64,000 nucleotides of DNA, from the NCBI RefSeq assembly GCF_009914755.1, contig NC_060937.1. One strand, 5' to 3'. The stretch's first letter is position 1, and the number at the start of each line of letters is the position of its first letter. Origin of the DNA: the human T2T-CHM13v2.0 reference genome, Homo sapiens. Below, one piece after another: positions 1 through 10,533 of this stretch. The translations under genes and the position numbers were made by a program. The notes beneath the pieces are model-generated. The model did not search any database. It was given only the letters and a program-made list of their open reading frames with translations, and was not told where the DNA came from.

Positions 1-442
1 TCCAAACTGCTGCATCAAAAGAAAGGTTCAACTCTGTTAGTTGAGGACACACATCACAAAGAAGTTTGTGAGAATGCTTCTGTCTAGATTTTGTATGACC
101 ATATTCCCTTTTCCAGCGATATCATTAAAGCAATCTAAATATCCATTTGCAGAATCCACAAAAATAGAGTTTCAAAGCTGCTCTGTAAAAAGAAAGGTTC
201 CACTCTGTTAGCTGAGTACACACATCACAAACTTGTTTCTCAGAATCCTTCTGTCTCGTTTTTATGGGAAGATATTTACTTTTTCACCGTAGGCATCAAA
301 GCGCTCCAAATGTCCACATCCAGATACTCCAGAAAGAGTGTTTCAAACCTGCTCTATGAAAGGGAATCTTCAACTCTATGAGTTGAATGCAGACATCAGA
401 AAGAAATTTCTGAGAATGCTGCTGTCTACCTTTTATTTGAAT

Positions 443-459
443 TCCCGCTTCCAACGAAA
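443..459 (-). promoter_or_regulatory. CENP-B box (17 bp), representative; about 165 intact copies in the window (2 per A, 3 per B)
   Basis: Plus strand TCCCGCTTCCAACGAAA = minus strand TTTCGTTGGAAGCGGGA, matching consensus YTTCGTTGGAARCGGGA. The count is derived from module numbers minus the two mutated copies I saw. Confidence 0.96.
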
Positions 460-784
460 TCCTCCAAGCTATCCAAATATCCACCTGCATTTTCCACAAA
501 AAGAGCGTTTCAAAACTGCTCTATCAATAGAAATGTTCAACTCCTTTGGCTGGGTACACACATCACAAACAAGTTTCTGAGAATGCTTCTGTCTAGTTTT
601 TATGGGAAGACATTCCCTTTTTCACCAAAGGCATCAAAGCGCTCCAAATGTCCACTTCCAGACACTACAAAAAGAGTGTTTCCAACGTGCTCTAAGAAAG
701 CGAATGTTCAACTCTGTGACTTGAATGCAGATATCACAAAGTAGTTTCTGAGAGGGCTTCTGTCTAGATTTTAGATGATGATAT

Positions 785-801
785 TCCCGTTTCCAACGAA
801 A
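785..801 (-). promoter_or_regulatory. CENP-B box (second box of module A)
   Basis: TCCCGTTTCCAACGAAA = minus strand TTTCGTTGGAAACGGGA. Confidence 0.96.
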
Positions 802-1122
802 TCATTAGAGCTATCCAAATATCCACTTACAGTTTCTACAAAAAGAGTGTTTCCAAACTGCTGCATCAAAAGAGAGGTTCCACTCTGTTAGCTGAGTACA
901 CACATCACAAACTTGTTTCTCAGAATCCTTCTGTCTCGTTTTTCTGGGAAGATATTTACTTTTTCACCGTAGGCATCAAAGCGCTCCAAATGTCCACATC
1001 CAGATACTCCAGAAAGAGTGTTTCAAACCTGCTCTATGAAAGGGAATCTTCAACTCTATGAGTTGAATGCAGACATCAGAAAGAAATTTCTGAGAATGCT
1101 GCTGTCTACCTTTTATTTGAAT

Positions 1123-1139
1123 TCCCGCTTCCAACGAAA
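1123..1139 (-). promoter_or_regulatory. CENP-B box (first box of module B)
   Basis: TCCCGCTTCCAACGAAA. Confidence 0.96.
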
Positions 1140-1462
1140 TCCTCCAAGCTATCCAAATATCCACTTGCAGATTCCACACAAAGAGTGTTTTAAAACTGCT
1201 CTCTATCAATGGCAAAGTTCAACTCTGTTAGTTGAGGACACATATCACCAACAAGTTTCTGAGAATGCTTCTGTCTATTTTTTATGGGAAGATAATTCCT
1301 TTTTCACCGTAGGCGTCAAGGCGATCAAAATGTCCACTTCCACAAACTACAAAAAGAGTGTTTCAAACCTGCTCTATGAAAGGCCATGTTCATCTCTATG
1401 AGTCGAATGGAAATATCCGAAAGAAATTTCTGGGAATGCTGCTGTCTAGTTTTTATACGAAT

Positions 1463-1479
1463 TCCCGCTTCCAACGAAA
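1463..1479 (-). promoter_or_regulatory. CENP-B box (second box of module B)
   Basis: TCCCGCTTCCAACGAAA. Confidence 0.96.
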
Positions 1480-1803
1480 TCCTCAAAGCAATCCAAATAT
1501 CCACTTGCAGAATCCACAAAAAGAGTGTTTCAAAACTGCTCTATCAATAGAAAGGTTCAACTCTTTTAGTTGAGTACACACATCACAAACAAGTTTCTGA
1601 GAATGCTTCTGTCTGGCTTTTATTGGAAGACGTTTCCTTTTCACCAAAGGCATCAAAGCGCTCCAAATGTCCACTTCCAGATTCTTCCAAAAGAGTGTTT
1701 GAAACGTGCTCAAAGTAAGGGAATGTTCAACTCTGTGACTTGAATGCAGATATCACCAAGTAGTTTCTAATAGTGCTTCTGTCTAGATTTTAGATGATGA
1801 TAT

Positions 1804-1820
1804 TCCCGTTTCCAACGAAA
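1804..1820 (-). promoter_or_regulatory. CENP-B box (third box of module B)
   Basis: TCCCGTTTCCAACGAAA. Confidence 0.96.
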
Positions 1821-1974
1821 TCGTTAGAGCTATCCAAATATCCACTTACAGTTTCTACAAAAAGAGTGTTTCCAAACTGCTGCATCAAAAGAAAGGTTCA
1901 ACTCTGTTAGTTGAGGACACACATCACAAAGAAGTTTGTGAGAATGCTTCTGTCTAGATTTTGTATGACCATAT

Positions 1975-1991
1975 TCCCTTTTCCAGCGATA
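1975..1991 (-). other. Degenerate, predicted non-binding CENP-B box in the odd monomer of module B (also at 105-121)
   Basis: TCCCTTTTCCAGCGATA (or ...CCAACGATA in other copies). It lacks the CGGG and TTCG core positions and lies 171 bp from the intact box at 1804. Confidence 0.85.
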
Positions 1992-2887
1992 TCATTAAAG
2001 CAATCTAAATATCCATTTGCAGAATCCACAAAAATAGAGTTTCAAAGCTGCTCTGTAAAAAGAAAGGTTCCACTCTGTTAGCTGAGTACACACATCACAA
2101 ACTTGTTTCTCAGAATCCTTCTGTCTCGTTTTTATGGGAAGATATTTACTTTTTCACCGTAGGCATCAAAGCGCTCCAAATGTCCACATCCAGATACTCC
2201 AGAAAGAGTGTTTCAAACCTGCTCTATGAAAGGGAATCTTCAACTCTATGAGTTGAATGCAGACATCAGAAAGAAATTTCTGAGAATGCTGCTGTCTACC
2301 TTTTATTTGAATTCCCGCTTCCAACGAAATCCTCCAAGCTATCCAAATATCCACCTGCATTTTCCACAAAAAGAGCGTTTCAAAACTGCTCTATCAATAG
2401 AAATGTTCAACTCCTTTGGCTGGGTACACACATCACAAACAAGTTTCTGAGAATGCTTCTGTCTAGTTTTTATGGGAAGACATTCCCTTTTTCACCAAAG
2501 GCATCAAAGCGCTCCAAATGTCCACTTCCAGACACTACAAAAAGAGTGTTTCCAACGTGCTCTAAGAAAGCGAATGTTCAACTCTGTGACTTGAATGCAG
2601 ATATCACAAAGTAGTTTCTGAGAGGGCTTCTGTCTAGATTTTAGATGATGATATTCCCGTTTCCAACGAAATCATTAGAGCTATCCAAATATCCACTTAC
2701 AGTTTCTACAAAAAGAGTGTTTCCAAACTGCTGCATCGAAAGAGAGGTTCCACTCTGTTAGCTGAGTACACACATCACAAACTTGTTTCTGAGAATCCTT
2801 CTGTCTCGTTTTTATGGGAAGATATTTACTTTTTCACCGTAGGCATCAAAGCGCTCCAAATGTCCACATCCAGATACTCCAGAAAGA

Positions 2888-3567
2888 GTGTTTCAAACCT
2901 GCTCTATGAAAGGGAATCTTCAACTCTATGAGTTGAATGCAGACATCAGAAAGAAATTTCTGAGAATGCCGCTGTCTACCTTTTATTTGAACTCCCGCTT
3001 CCAACGAAATCCTCCAAGCTATCCAAATATCCACTTGCATTTTCCACAAAAAGAGTGCTTCAAAACTGCTCTATCAATAGAAATGTTCAACTCCTTTAGC
3101 TGGGTGCACACATCACAAACAAGTTTCTGAGAATGCTTCTGTCTAGTTTTTATGGGAAGACATTCCCTTTTTCACCAAAGGCATCAAAGCGCTCCAAATG
3201 TCCACTTCCAGACACTACAAAAAGAGTGTTTCCAACGTGCTCTAAGAAAGCGAATGTTCAACTCTGTGACTTGAATGCAGATATCACAAAGTAGTTTCTG
3301 AGAGGGCTTCTGTCCAGATTTTAGATGATGATATTCCCGTTTCCAACGAAATCATTAGAGCTATCCAAATATCCACTTACAGTTTCTACAAAAAGAGTGT
3401 TTCCAAACTGCTGCATCAAAAGAGAGGTTCCACTCTGTTAGCTGAGTACACACATCACAAACTTGTTTCTCAGAATCCTTCTGTCTCGTTTTTCTGGGAA
3501 GATATTTACTTTTTCACCGTAGGCATCAAAGCGCTCCAAATGTCCACATCCAGATACTCCAGAAAGA
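2888..3567 (-). repeat. 4-mer module, lineage A2 full length (680 bp); copies at 2888, 4758, 7986, 38752
   Basis: Diagnostic strings GAACTC, CACTTGCAT, GAGTGCTTC and TTTAGCTGGGTGCAC. Confidence 0.92.
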
Positions 3568-4757
3568 GTGTTTCAAACCTGCTCTATGAAAGGGAATCTT
3601 CAACTCTATGAGTTGAATGCAGACATCAGAAAGAAATTTCTGAGAATGCTGCTGTCTACCTTTTATTTGAATTCCCGCTTCCAACGAAATCCTCCAAGCT
3701 ATCCAAATATCCACTTGCAGATTCCACAAAAAGAGTGTTTCAAAACTGCTCTCTATCAATGGCAAAGTTCAACTCTGTTAGTTGAGGACACATATCACCA
3801 ACAAGTTTCTGAGAATGCTTCTGTCTATTTTTTATGGGAAGATATTTCCTTTTTCACCGTAGGCGTCAAGGCGATCGAAATGTCCACTTCCACAAACTAC
3901 AAAAAGAGTGTTTCAAACCTGCTCTATGAAAGGCCATGTTCATCTCTATGAGTCGAATGGAAATATCCGAAAGAAATTTCTGGGAATGCTGCTGTCTAGT
4001 TTTTATACGAATTCCCGCTTCCAACGAAATCCTCAAAGCAATCCAAATATCCACTTGCAGAATCCACAAAAAGAGTGTTTCAAAACTGCTCTATCAATAG
4101 AAAGGTTCAACTCTTTTAGTTGAGTACACACATCACAAACAAGTTTCTGAGAATGCTTCTGTCTGGCTTTTATTGGAAGACGTTTCCTTTTCACCAAAGG
4201 CATCAAAGCGCTCCAAATGTCCACTTCCAGATTCTTCCAAAAGAGTGTTTGAAACGTGCTCAAAGTAAGGGAATGTTCAACTCTGTGACTTGAATGCAGA
4301 TATCACCAAGTAGTTTCTAATAGTGCTTCTGTCTAGATTTTAGATGATGATATTCCCGTTTCCAACGAAATCGTTAGAGCTATCCAAATATCCACTTACA
4401 GTTTCTACAAAAAGAGTGTTTCCAAACTGCTGCATCAAAAGAAAGGTTCAACTCTGTTAGTTGAGGACACACATCACAAAGAAGTTTGTGAGAATGCTTC
4501 TGTCTAGATTTTGTATGACCATATTCCCTTTTCCAGCGATATCATTAAAGCAATCTAAATATCCATTTGCAGAATCCACAAAAATAGAGTTTCATAGCTG
4601 CTCTGTAAAAAGAAAGGTTCCACTCTGTTAGCTGAGTACACACATCACAAACTTGTTTCTGAGAATCCTTCTGTCTCGTTTTTATGGGAAGATATTTACT
4701 TTTTCACCGTAGGCATCAAAGCGCTCCAAATGTCCACATCCAGATACTCCAGAAAGA
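3568..4757 (-). repeat. 7-mer module B (1190 bp), representative copy; 40 complete copies in the window
   Basis: Unique strings CTCTCTATCAATGGCAAAG, GGCCATGTTCATCTC and CAAAATAGAGTTTC. Three intact CENP-B boxes plus one degenerate box. 1190 bp spacing of the 127 aa pseudo-ORF. Confidence 0.95.
3846..3862 (-). promoter_or_regulatory. pJalpha-type motif (A-box) at the CENP-B-box-equivalent position of alternate monomers; representative copy
   Basis: TTCCTTTTTCACCGTAG = minus strand CTACGGTGAAAAAGGAA, fitting the recalled consensus CTAYGGTGRAAAAGGAA. Related variants (TTACTTTTTCACCGTAG, TTCCTTTTCACCAAAG) occur in the other box-less monomers. Confidence 0.75.
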
Positions 4758-6627
4758 GTGTTTCAAACCTGCTCTATGAAAGGGAATCTTCAACTCTATG
4801 AGTTGAATGCAGACATCAGAAAGAAATTTCTGAGAATGCCGCTGTCTACCTTTTATTTGAACTCCCGCTTCCAACGAAATCCTCCAAGCTATCCAAATAT
4901 CCACTTGCATTTTCCACAAAAAGAGTGCTTCAAAACTGCTCTATCAATAGAAATGTTCAACTCCTTTAGCTGGGTGCACACATCACAAACAAGTTTCTGA
5001 GAATGCTTCTGTCTAGTTTTTATGGGAAGACATTCCCTTTTTCACCAAAGGCATCAAAGCGCTCCAAATGTCCACTTCCAGACACTACAAAAAGAGTGTT
5101 TCCAACGTGCTCTAAGAAAGCGAATGTTCAACTCTGTGACTTGAATGCAGATATCACAAAGTAGTTTCTGAGAGGGCTTCTGTCCAGATTTTAGATGATG
5201 ATATTCCCGTTTCCAACGAAATCATTAGAGCTATCCAAATATCCACTTACAGTTTCTACAAAAAGAGTGTTTCCAAACTGCTGCATCAAAAGAGAGGTTC
5301 CACTCTGTTAGCTGAGTACACACATCACAAACTTGTTTCTCAGAATCCTTCTGTCTCGTTTTTCTGGGAAGATATTTACTTTTTCACCGTAGGCATCAAA
5401 GCGCTCCAAATGTCCACATCCAGATACTCCAGAAAGAGTGTTTCAAACCTGCTCTATGAAAGGGAATCTTCAACTCTATGAGTTGAATGCAGACATCAGA
5501 AAGAAATTTCTGAGAATGCTGCTGTCTACCTTTTATTTGAATTCCCGCTTCCAACGAAATCCTCCAAGCTATCCAAATATCCACTTGCAGATTCCACAAA
5601 AAGAGTGTTTCAAAACTGCTCTCTATCAATGGCAAAGTTCAACTCTGTTAGTTGAGGACACATATCACCAACAAGTTTCTGAGAATGCTTCTGTCTATTT
5701 TTTATGGGAAGATATTTCCTTTTTCACCGTAGGCGTCAAGGCGATCGAAATGTCCACTTCCACAAACTACAAAAAGAGTGTTTCAAACCTGCTCTATGAA
5801 AGGCCATGTTCATCTCTATGAGTCGAATGGAAATATCCGAAAGAAATTTCTGGGAATGCTGCTGTCTAGTTTTTATACGAATTCCCGCTTCCAACGAAAT
5901 CCTCAAAGCAATCCAAATATCCACTTGCAGAATCCACAAAAAGAGTGTTTCAAAACTGCTCTATCAATAGAAAGGTTCAACTCTTTTAGTTGAGTACACA
6001 CATCACAAACAAGTTTCTGAGAATGCTTCTGTCTGGCTTTTATTGGAAGACGTTTCCTTTTCACCAAAGGCATCAAAGCGCTCCAAATGTCCACTTCCAG
6101 ATTCTTCCAAAAGAGTGTTTGAAACGTGCTCAAAGTAAGGGAATGTTCAACTCTGTGACTTGAATGCAGATATCACCAAGTAGTTTCTAATAGTGCTTCT
6201 GTCTAGATTTTAGATGATGATATTCCCGTTTCCAACGAAATCGTTAGAGCTATCCAAATATCCACTTACAGTTTCTACAAAAAGAGTGTTTCCAAACTGC
6301 TGCATCAAAAGAAAGGTTCAACTCTGTTAGTTGAGGACACACATCACAAAGAAGTTTGTGAGAATGCTTCTGTCTAGATTTTGTATGACCATATTCCCTT
6401 TTCCAGCGATATCATTAAAGCAATCTAAATATCCATTTGCAGAATCCACAAAAATAGAGTTTCAAAGCTGCTCTGTAAAAAGAAAGGTTCCACTCTGTTA
6501 GCTGAGTACACACATCACAAACTTGTTTCTGAGAATCCTTCTGTCTCGTTTTTATGGGAAGATATTTACTTTTTCACCGTAGGCATCAAAGCGCTCCAAA
6601 TGTCCACATCCAGATACTCCAGAAAGA

Positions 6628-7305
6628 GTGTTTCAAACCTGCTCTATGAAAGGGAATCTTCAACTCTATGAGTTGAATGCAGACATCAGAAAGAAATTTC
6701 TGAGAATGCTGCTGTCTACCTTTTATTTGAACTCCCGCTTCCAACGAAATCCTCCAAGCTATCCAAATATCCACTTGCATTTTCCACAAAAAGAGTGCTT
6801 CAAAACTGCTCTATCAATAAATGTTCAACTCCTTTAGCTGGGTGCACACATCACAAACAAGTTTCTGAGAATGCTTCTGTCTAGTTTTTATGGGAAGACA
6901 TTCCCTTTTTCACCAAAGGCATCAAAGCGCTCCAAATGTCCACTTCCAGACACTACAAAAAGAGTGTTTCCAACGTGCTCTAAGAAAGCGAATGTTCAAC
7001 TCTGTGACTTGAATGCAGATATCACAAAGTAGTTTCTGAGAGGGCTTCTGTCTAGATTTTAGATGATGATATTCCCGTTTCCAACGAAATCATTAGAGCT
7101 ATCCAAATATCCACTTACAGTTTCTACAAAAAGAGTGTTTCCAAACTGCTGCATCAAAAGAGAGGTTCCACTCTGTTAGCTGAGTACACACATCACAAAC
7201 TTGTTTCTGAGAATCCTTCTGTCTCGTTTTTATGGGAAGATATTTACTTTTTCACCGTAGGCATCAAAGCGCTCCAAATGTCCACATCCAGATACTCCAG
7301 AAAGA
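6628..7305 (-). repeat. 4-mer module, lineage A2 with 2 bp deletion (678 bp); copies at 6628, 9856, 34334, 51332, 54390, 59826, 62884
   Basis: CAATAAATG instead of CAATAGAAATG. Module spacing is 678 bp and the pseudo-ORF is frameshifted to 69 aa (...SINVQLL). Confidence 0.93.
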
Positions 7306-10300
7306 GTGTTTCAAACCTGCTCTATGAAAGGGAATCTTCAACTCTATGAGTTGAATGCAGACATCAGAAAGAAATTTCTGAGAATGCTGCTGTCTACCTT
7401 TTATTTGAATTCCCGCTTCCAACGAAATCCTCCAAGCTATCCAAATATCCACCTGCATTTTCCACAAAAAGAGCGTTTCAAAACTGCTCTATCAATAGAA
7501 ATGTTCAACTCCTTTGGCTGGGTACACACATCACAAACAAGTTTCTGAGAATGCTTCTGTCTAGTTTTTATGGGAAGACATTCCCTTTTTCACCAAAGGC
7601 ATCAAAGCGCTCCAAATGTCCACTTCCAGACACTACAAAAAGAGTGTTTCCAACGTGCTCTAAGAAAGCGAATGTTCAACTCTGTGACTTGAATGCAGAT
7701 ATCACAAAGTAGTTTCTGAGAGGGCTTCTGTCTAGATTTTAGATGATGATATTCCCGTTTCCAACGAAATCATTAGAGCTATCCAAATATCCACTTACAG
7801 TTTCTACAAAAAGAGTGTTTCCAAACTGCTGCATCGAAAGAGAGGTTCCACTCTGTTAGCTGAGTACACACATCACAAACTTGTTTCTGAGAATCCTTCT
7901 GTCTCGTTTTTATGGGAAGATATTTACTTTTTCACCGTAGGCATCAAAGCGCTCCAAATGTCCACATCCAGATACTCCAGAAAGAGTGTTTCAAACCTGC
8001 TCTATGAAAGGGAATCTTCAACTCTATGAGTTGAATGCAGACATCAGAAAGAAATTTCTGAGAATGCCGCTGTCTACCTTTTATTTGAACTCCCGCTTCC
8101 AACGAAATCCTCCAAGCTATCCAAATATCCACTTGCATTTTCCACAAAAAGAGTGCTTCAAAACTGCTCTATCAATAGAAATGTTCAACTCCTTTAGCTG
8201 GGTGCACACATCACAAACAAGTTTCTGAGAATGCTTCTGTCTAGTTTTTATGGGAAGACATTCCCTTTTTCACCAAAGGCATCAAAGCGCTCCAAATGTC
8301 CACTTCCAGACACTACAAAAAGAGTGTTTCCAACGTGCTCTAAGAAAGCGAATGTTCAACTCTGTGACTTGAATGCAGATATCACAAAGTAGTTTCTGAG
8401 AGGGCTTCTGTCCAGATTTTAGATGATGATATTCCCGTTTCCAACGAAATCATTAGAGCTATCCAAATATCCACTTACAGTTTCTACAAAAAGAGTGTTT
8501 CCAAACTGCTGCATCAAAAGAGAGGTTCCACTCTGTTAGCTGAGTACACACATCACAAACTTGTTTCTCAGAATCCTTCTGTCTCGTTTTTCTGGGAAGA
8601 TATTTACTTTTTCACCGTAGGCATCAAAGCGCTCCAAATGTCCACATCCAGATACTCCAGAAAGAGTGTTTCAAACCTGCTCTATGAAAGGGAATCTTCA
8701 ACTCTATGAGTTGAATGCAGACATCAGAAAGAAATTTCTGAGAATGCTGCTGTCTACCTTTTATTTGAATTCCCGCTTCCAACGAAATCCTCCAAGCTAT
8801 CCAAATATCCACTTGCAGATTCCACAAAAAGAGTGTTTCAAAACTGCTCTCTATCAATGGCAAAGTTCAACTCTGTTAGTTGAGGACACATATCACCAAC
8901 AAGTTTCTGAGAATGCTTCTGTCTATTTTTTATGGGAAGATATTTCCTTTTTCACCGTAGGCGTCAAGGCGATCGAAATGTCCACTTCCACAAACTACAA
9001 AAAGAGTGTTTCAAACCTGCTCTATGAAAGGCCATGTTCATCTCTATGAGTCGAATGGAAATATCCGAAAGAAATTTCTGGGAATGCTGCTGTCTAGTTT
9101 TTATACGAATTCCCGCTTCCAACGAAATCCTCAAAGCAATCCAAATATCCACTTGCAGAATCCACAAAAAGAGTGTTTCAAAACTGCTCTATCAATAGAA
9201 AGGTTCAACTCTTTTAGTTGAGTACACACATCACAAACAAGTTTCTGAGAATGCTTCTGTCTGGCTTTTATTGGAAGACGTTTCCTTTTCACCAAAGGCA
9301 TCAAAGCGCTCCAAATGTCCACTTCCAGATTCTTCCAAAAGAGTGTTTGAAACGTGCTCAAAGTAAGGGAATGTTCAACTCTGTGACTTGAATGCAGATA
9401 TCACCAAGTAGTTTCTAATAGTGCTTCTGTCTAGATTTTAGATGATGATATTCCCGTTTCCAACGAAATCGTTAGAGCTATCCAAATATCCACTTACAGT
9501 TTCTACAAAAAGAGTGTTTCCAAACTGCTGCATCAAAAGAAAGGTTCAACTCTGTTAGTTGAGGACACACATCACAAAGAAGTTTGTGAGAATGCTTCTG
9601 TCTAGATTTTGTATGACCATATTCCCTTTTCCAGCGATATCATTAAAGCAATCTAAATATCCATTTGCAGAATCCACAAAAATAGAGTTTCAAAGCTGCT
9701 CTGTAAAAAGAAAGGTTCCACTCTGTTAGCTGAGTACACACATCACAAACTTGTTTCTGAGAATCCTTCTGTCTCGTTTTTATGGGAAGATATTTACTTT
9801 TTCACCGTAGGCATCAAAGCGCTCCAAATGTCCACATCCAGATACTCCAGAAAGAGTGTTTCAAACCTGCTCTATGAAAGGGAATCTTCAACTCTATGAG
9901 TTGAATGCAGACATCAGAAAGAAATTTCTGAGAATGCTGCTGTCTACCTTTTATTTGAACTCCCGCTTCCAACGAAATCCTCCAAGCTATCCAAATATCC
10001 ACTTGCATTTTCCACAAAAAGAGTGCTTCAAAACTGCTCTATCAATAAATGTTCAACTCCTTTAGCTGGGTGCACACATCACAAACAAGTTTCTGAGAAT
10101 GCTTCTGTCTAGTTTTTATGGGAAGACATTCCCTTTTTCACCAAAGGCATCAAAGCGCTCCAAATGTCCACTTCCAGACACTACAAAAAGAGTGTTTCCA
10201 ACGTGCTCTAAGAAAGCGAATGTTCAACTCTGTGACTTGAATGCAGATATCACAAAGTAGTTTCTGAGAGGGCTTCTGTCTAGATTTTAGATGATGATAT

Positions 10301-10533
10301 TCCCGTTTCCAACGAAATCATTAGAGCTATCCAAATATCCACTTACAGTTTCTACAAAAAGAGTGTTTCCAAACTGCTGCATCAAAAGAGAGGTTCCACT
10401 CTGTTAGCTGAGTACACACATCACAAACTTGTTTCTGAGAATCCTTCTGTCTCGTTTTTATGGGAAGATATTTACTTTTTCACCGTAGGCATCAAAGCGC
10501 TCCAAATGTCCACATCCAGATACTCCAGAAAGA

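Larger units (their letters stand above)
338..1017 (-). repeat. 4-mer module, lineage A1 (680 bp); 12 copies starting at 338, 2208, 7306, 10534, 12404, 14274, 16144, 18014, 24644, 30084, 36202, 38072
   Basis: Diagnostic strings GAATTC, CACCTGCAT, GAGCGTTTC and TTTGGCTGGGTACAC. Corresponds to the 80 aa pseudo-ORF ending KERF...SFGWV. Confidence 0.93.
338..2207 (-). repeat. Representative 11-mer HOR unit (1870 bp) = 4-mer module A + 7-mer module B
   Basis: The anchor sequence recurs at 338, 1018 and 2208. CENP-B boxes lie at 443, 785, 1123, 1463 and 1804. EcoRI sites at 439, 1119, 1459 and 2309 give 680/340/850 bp fragments. Confidence 0.95.
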
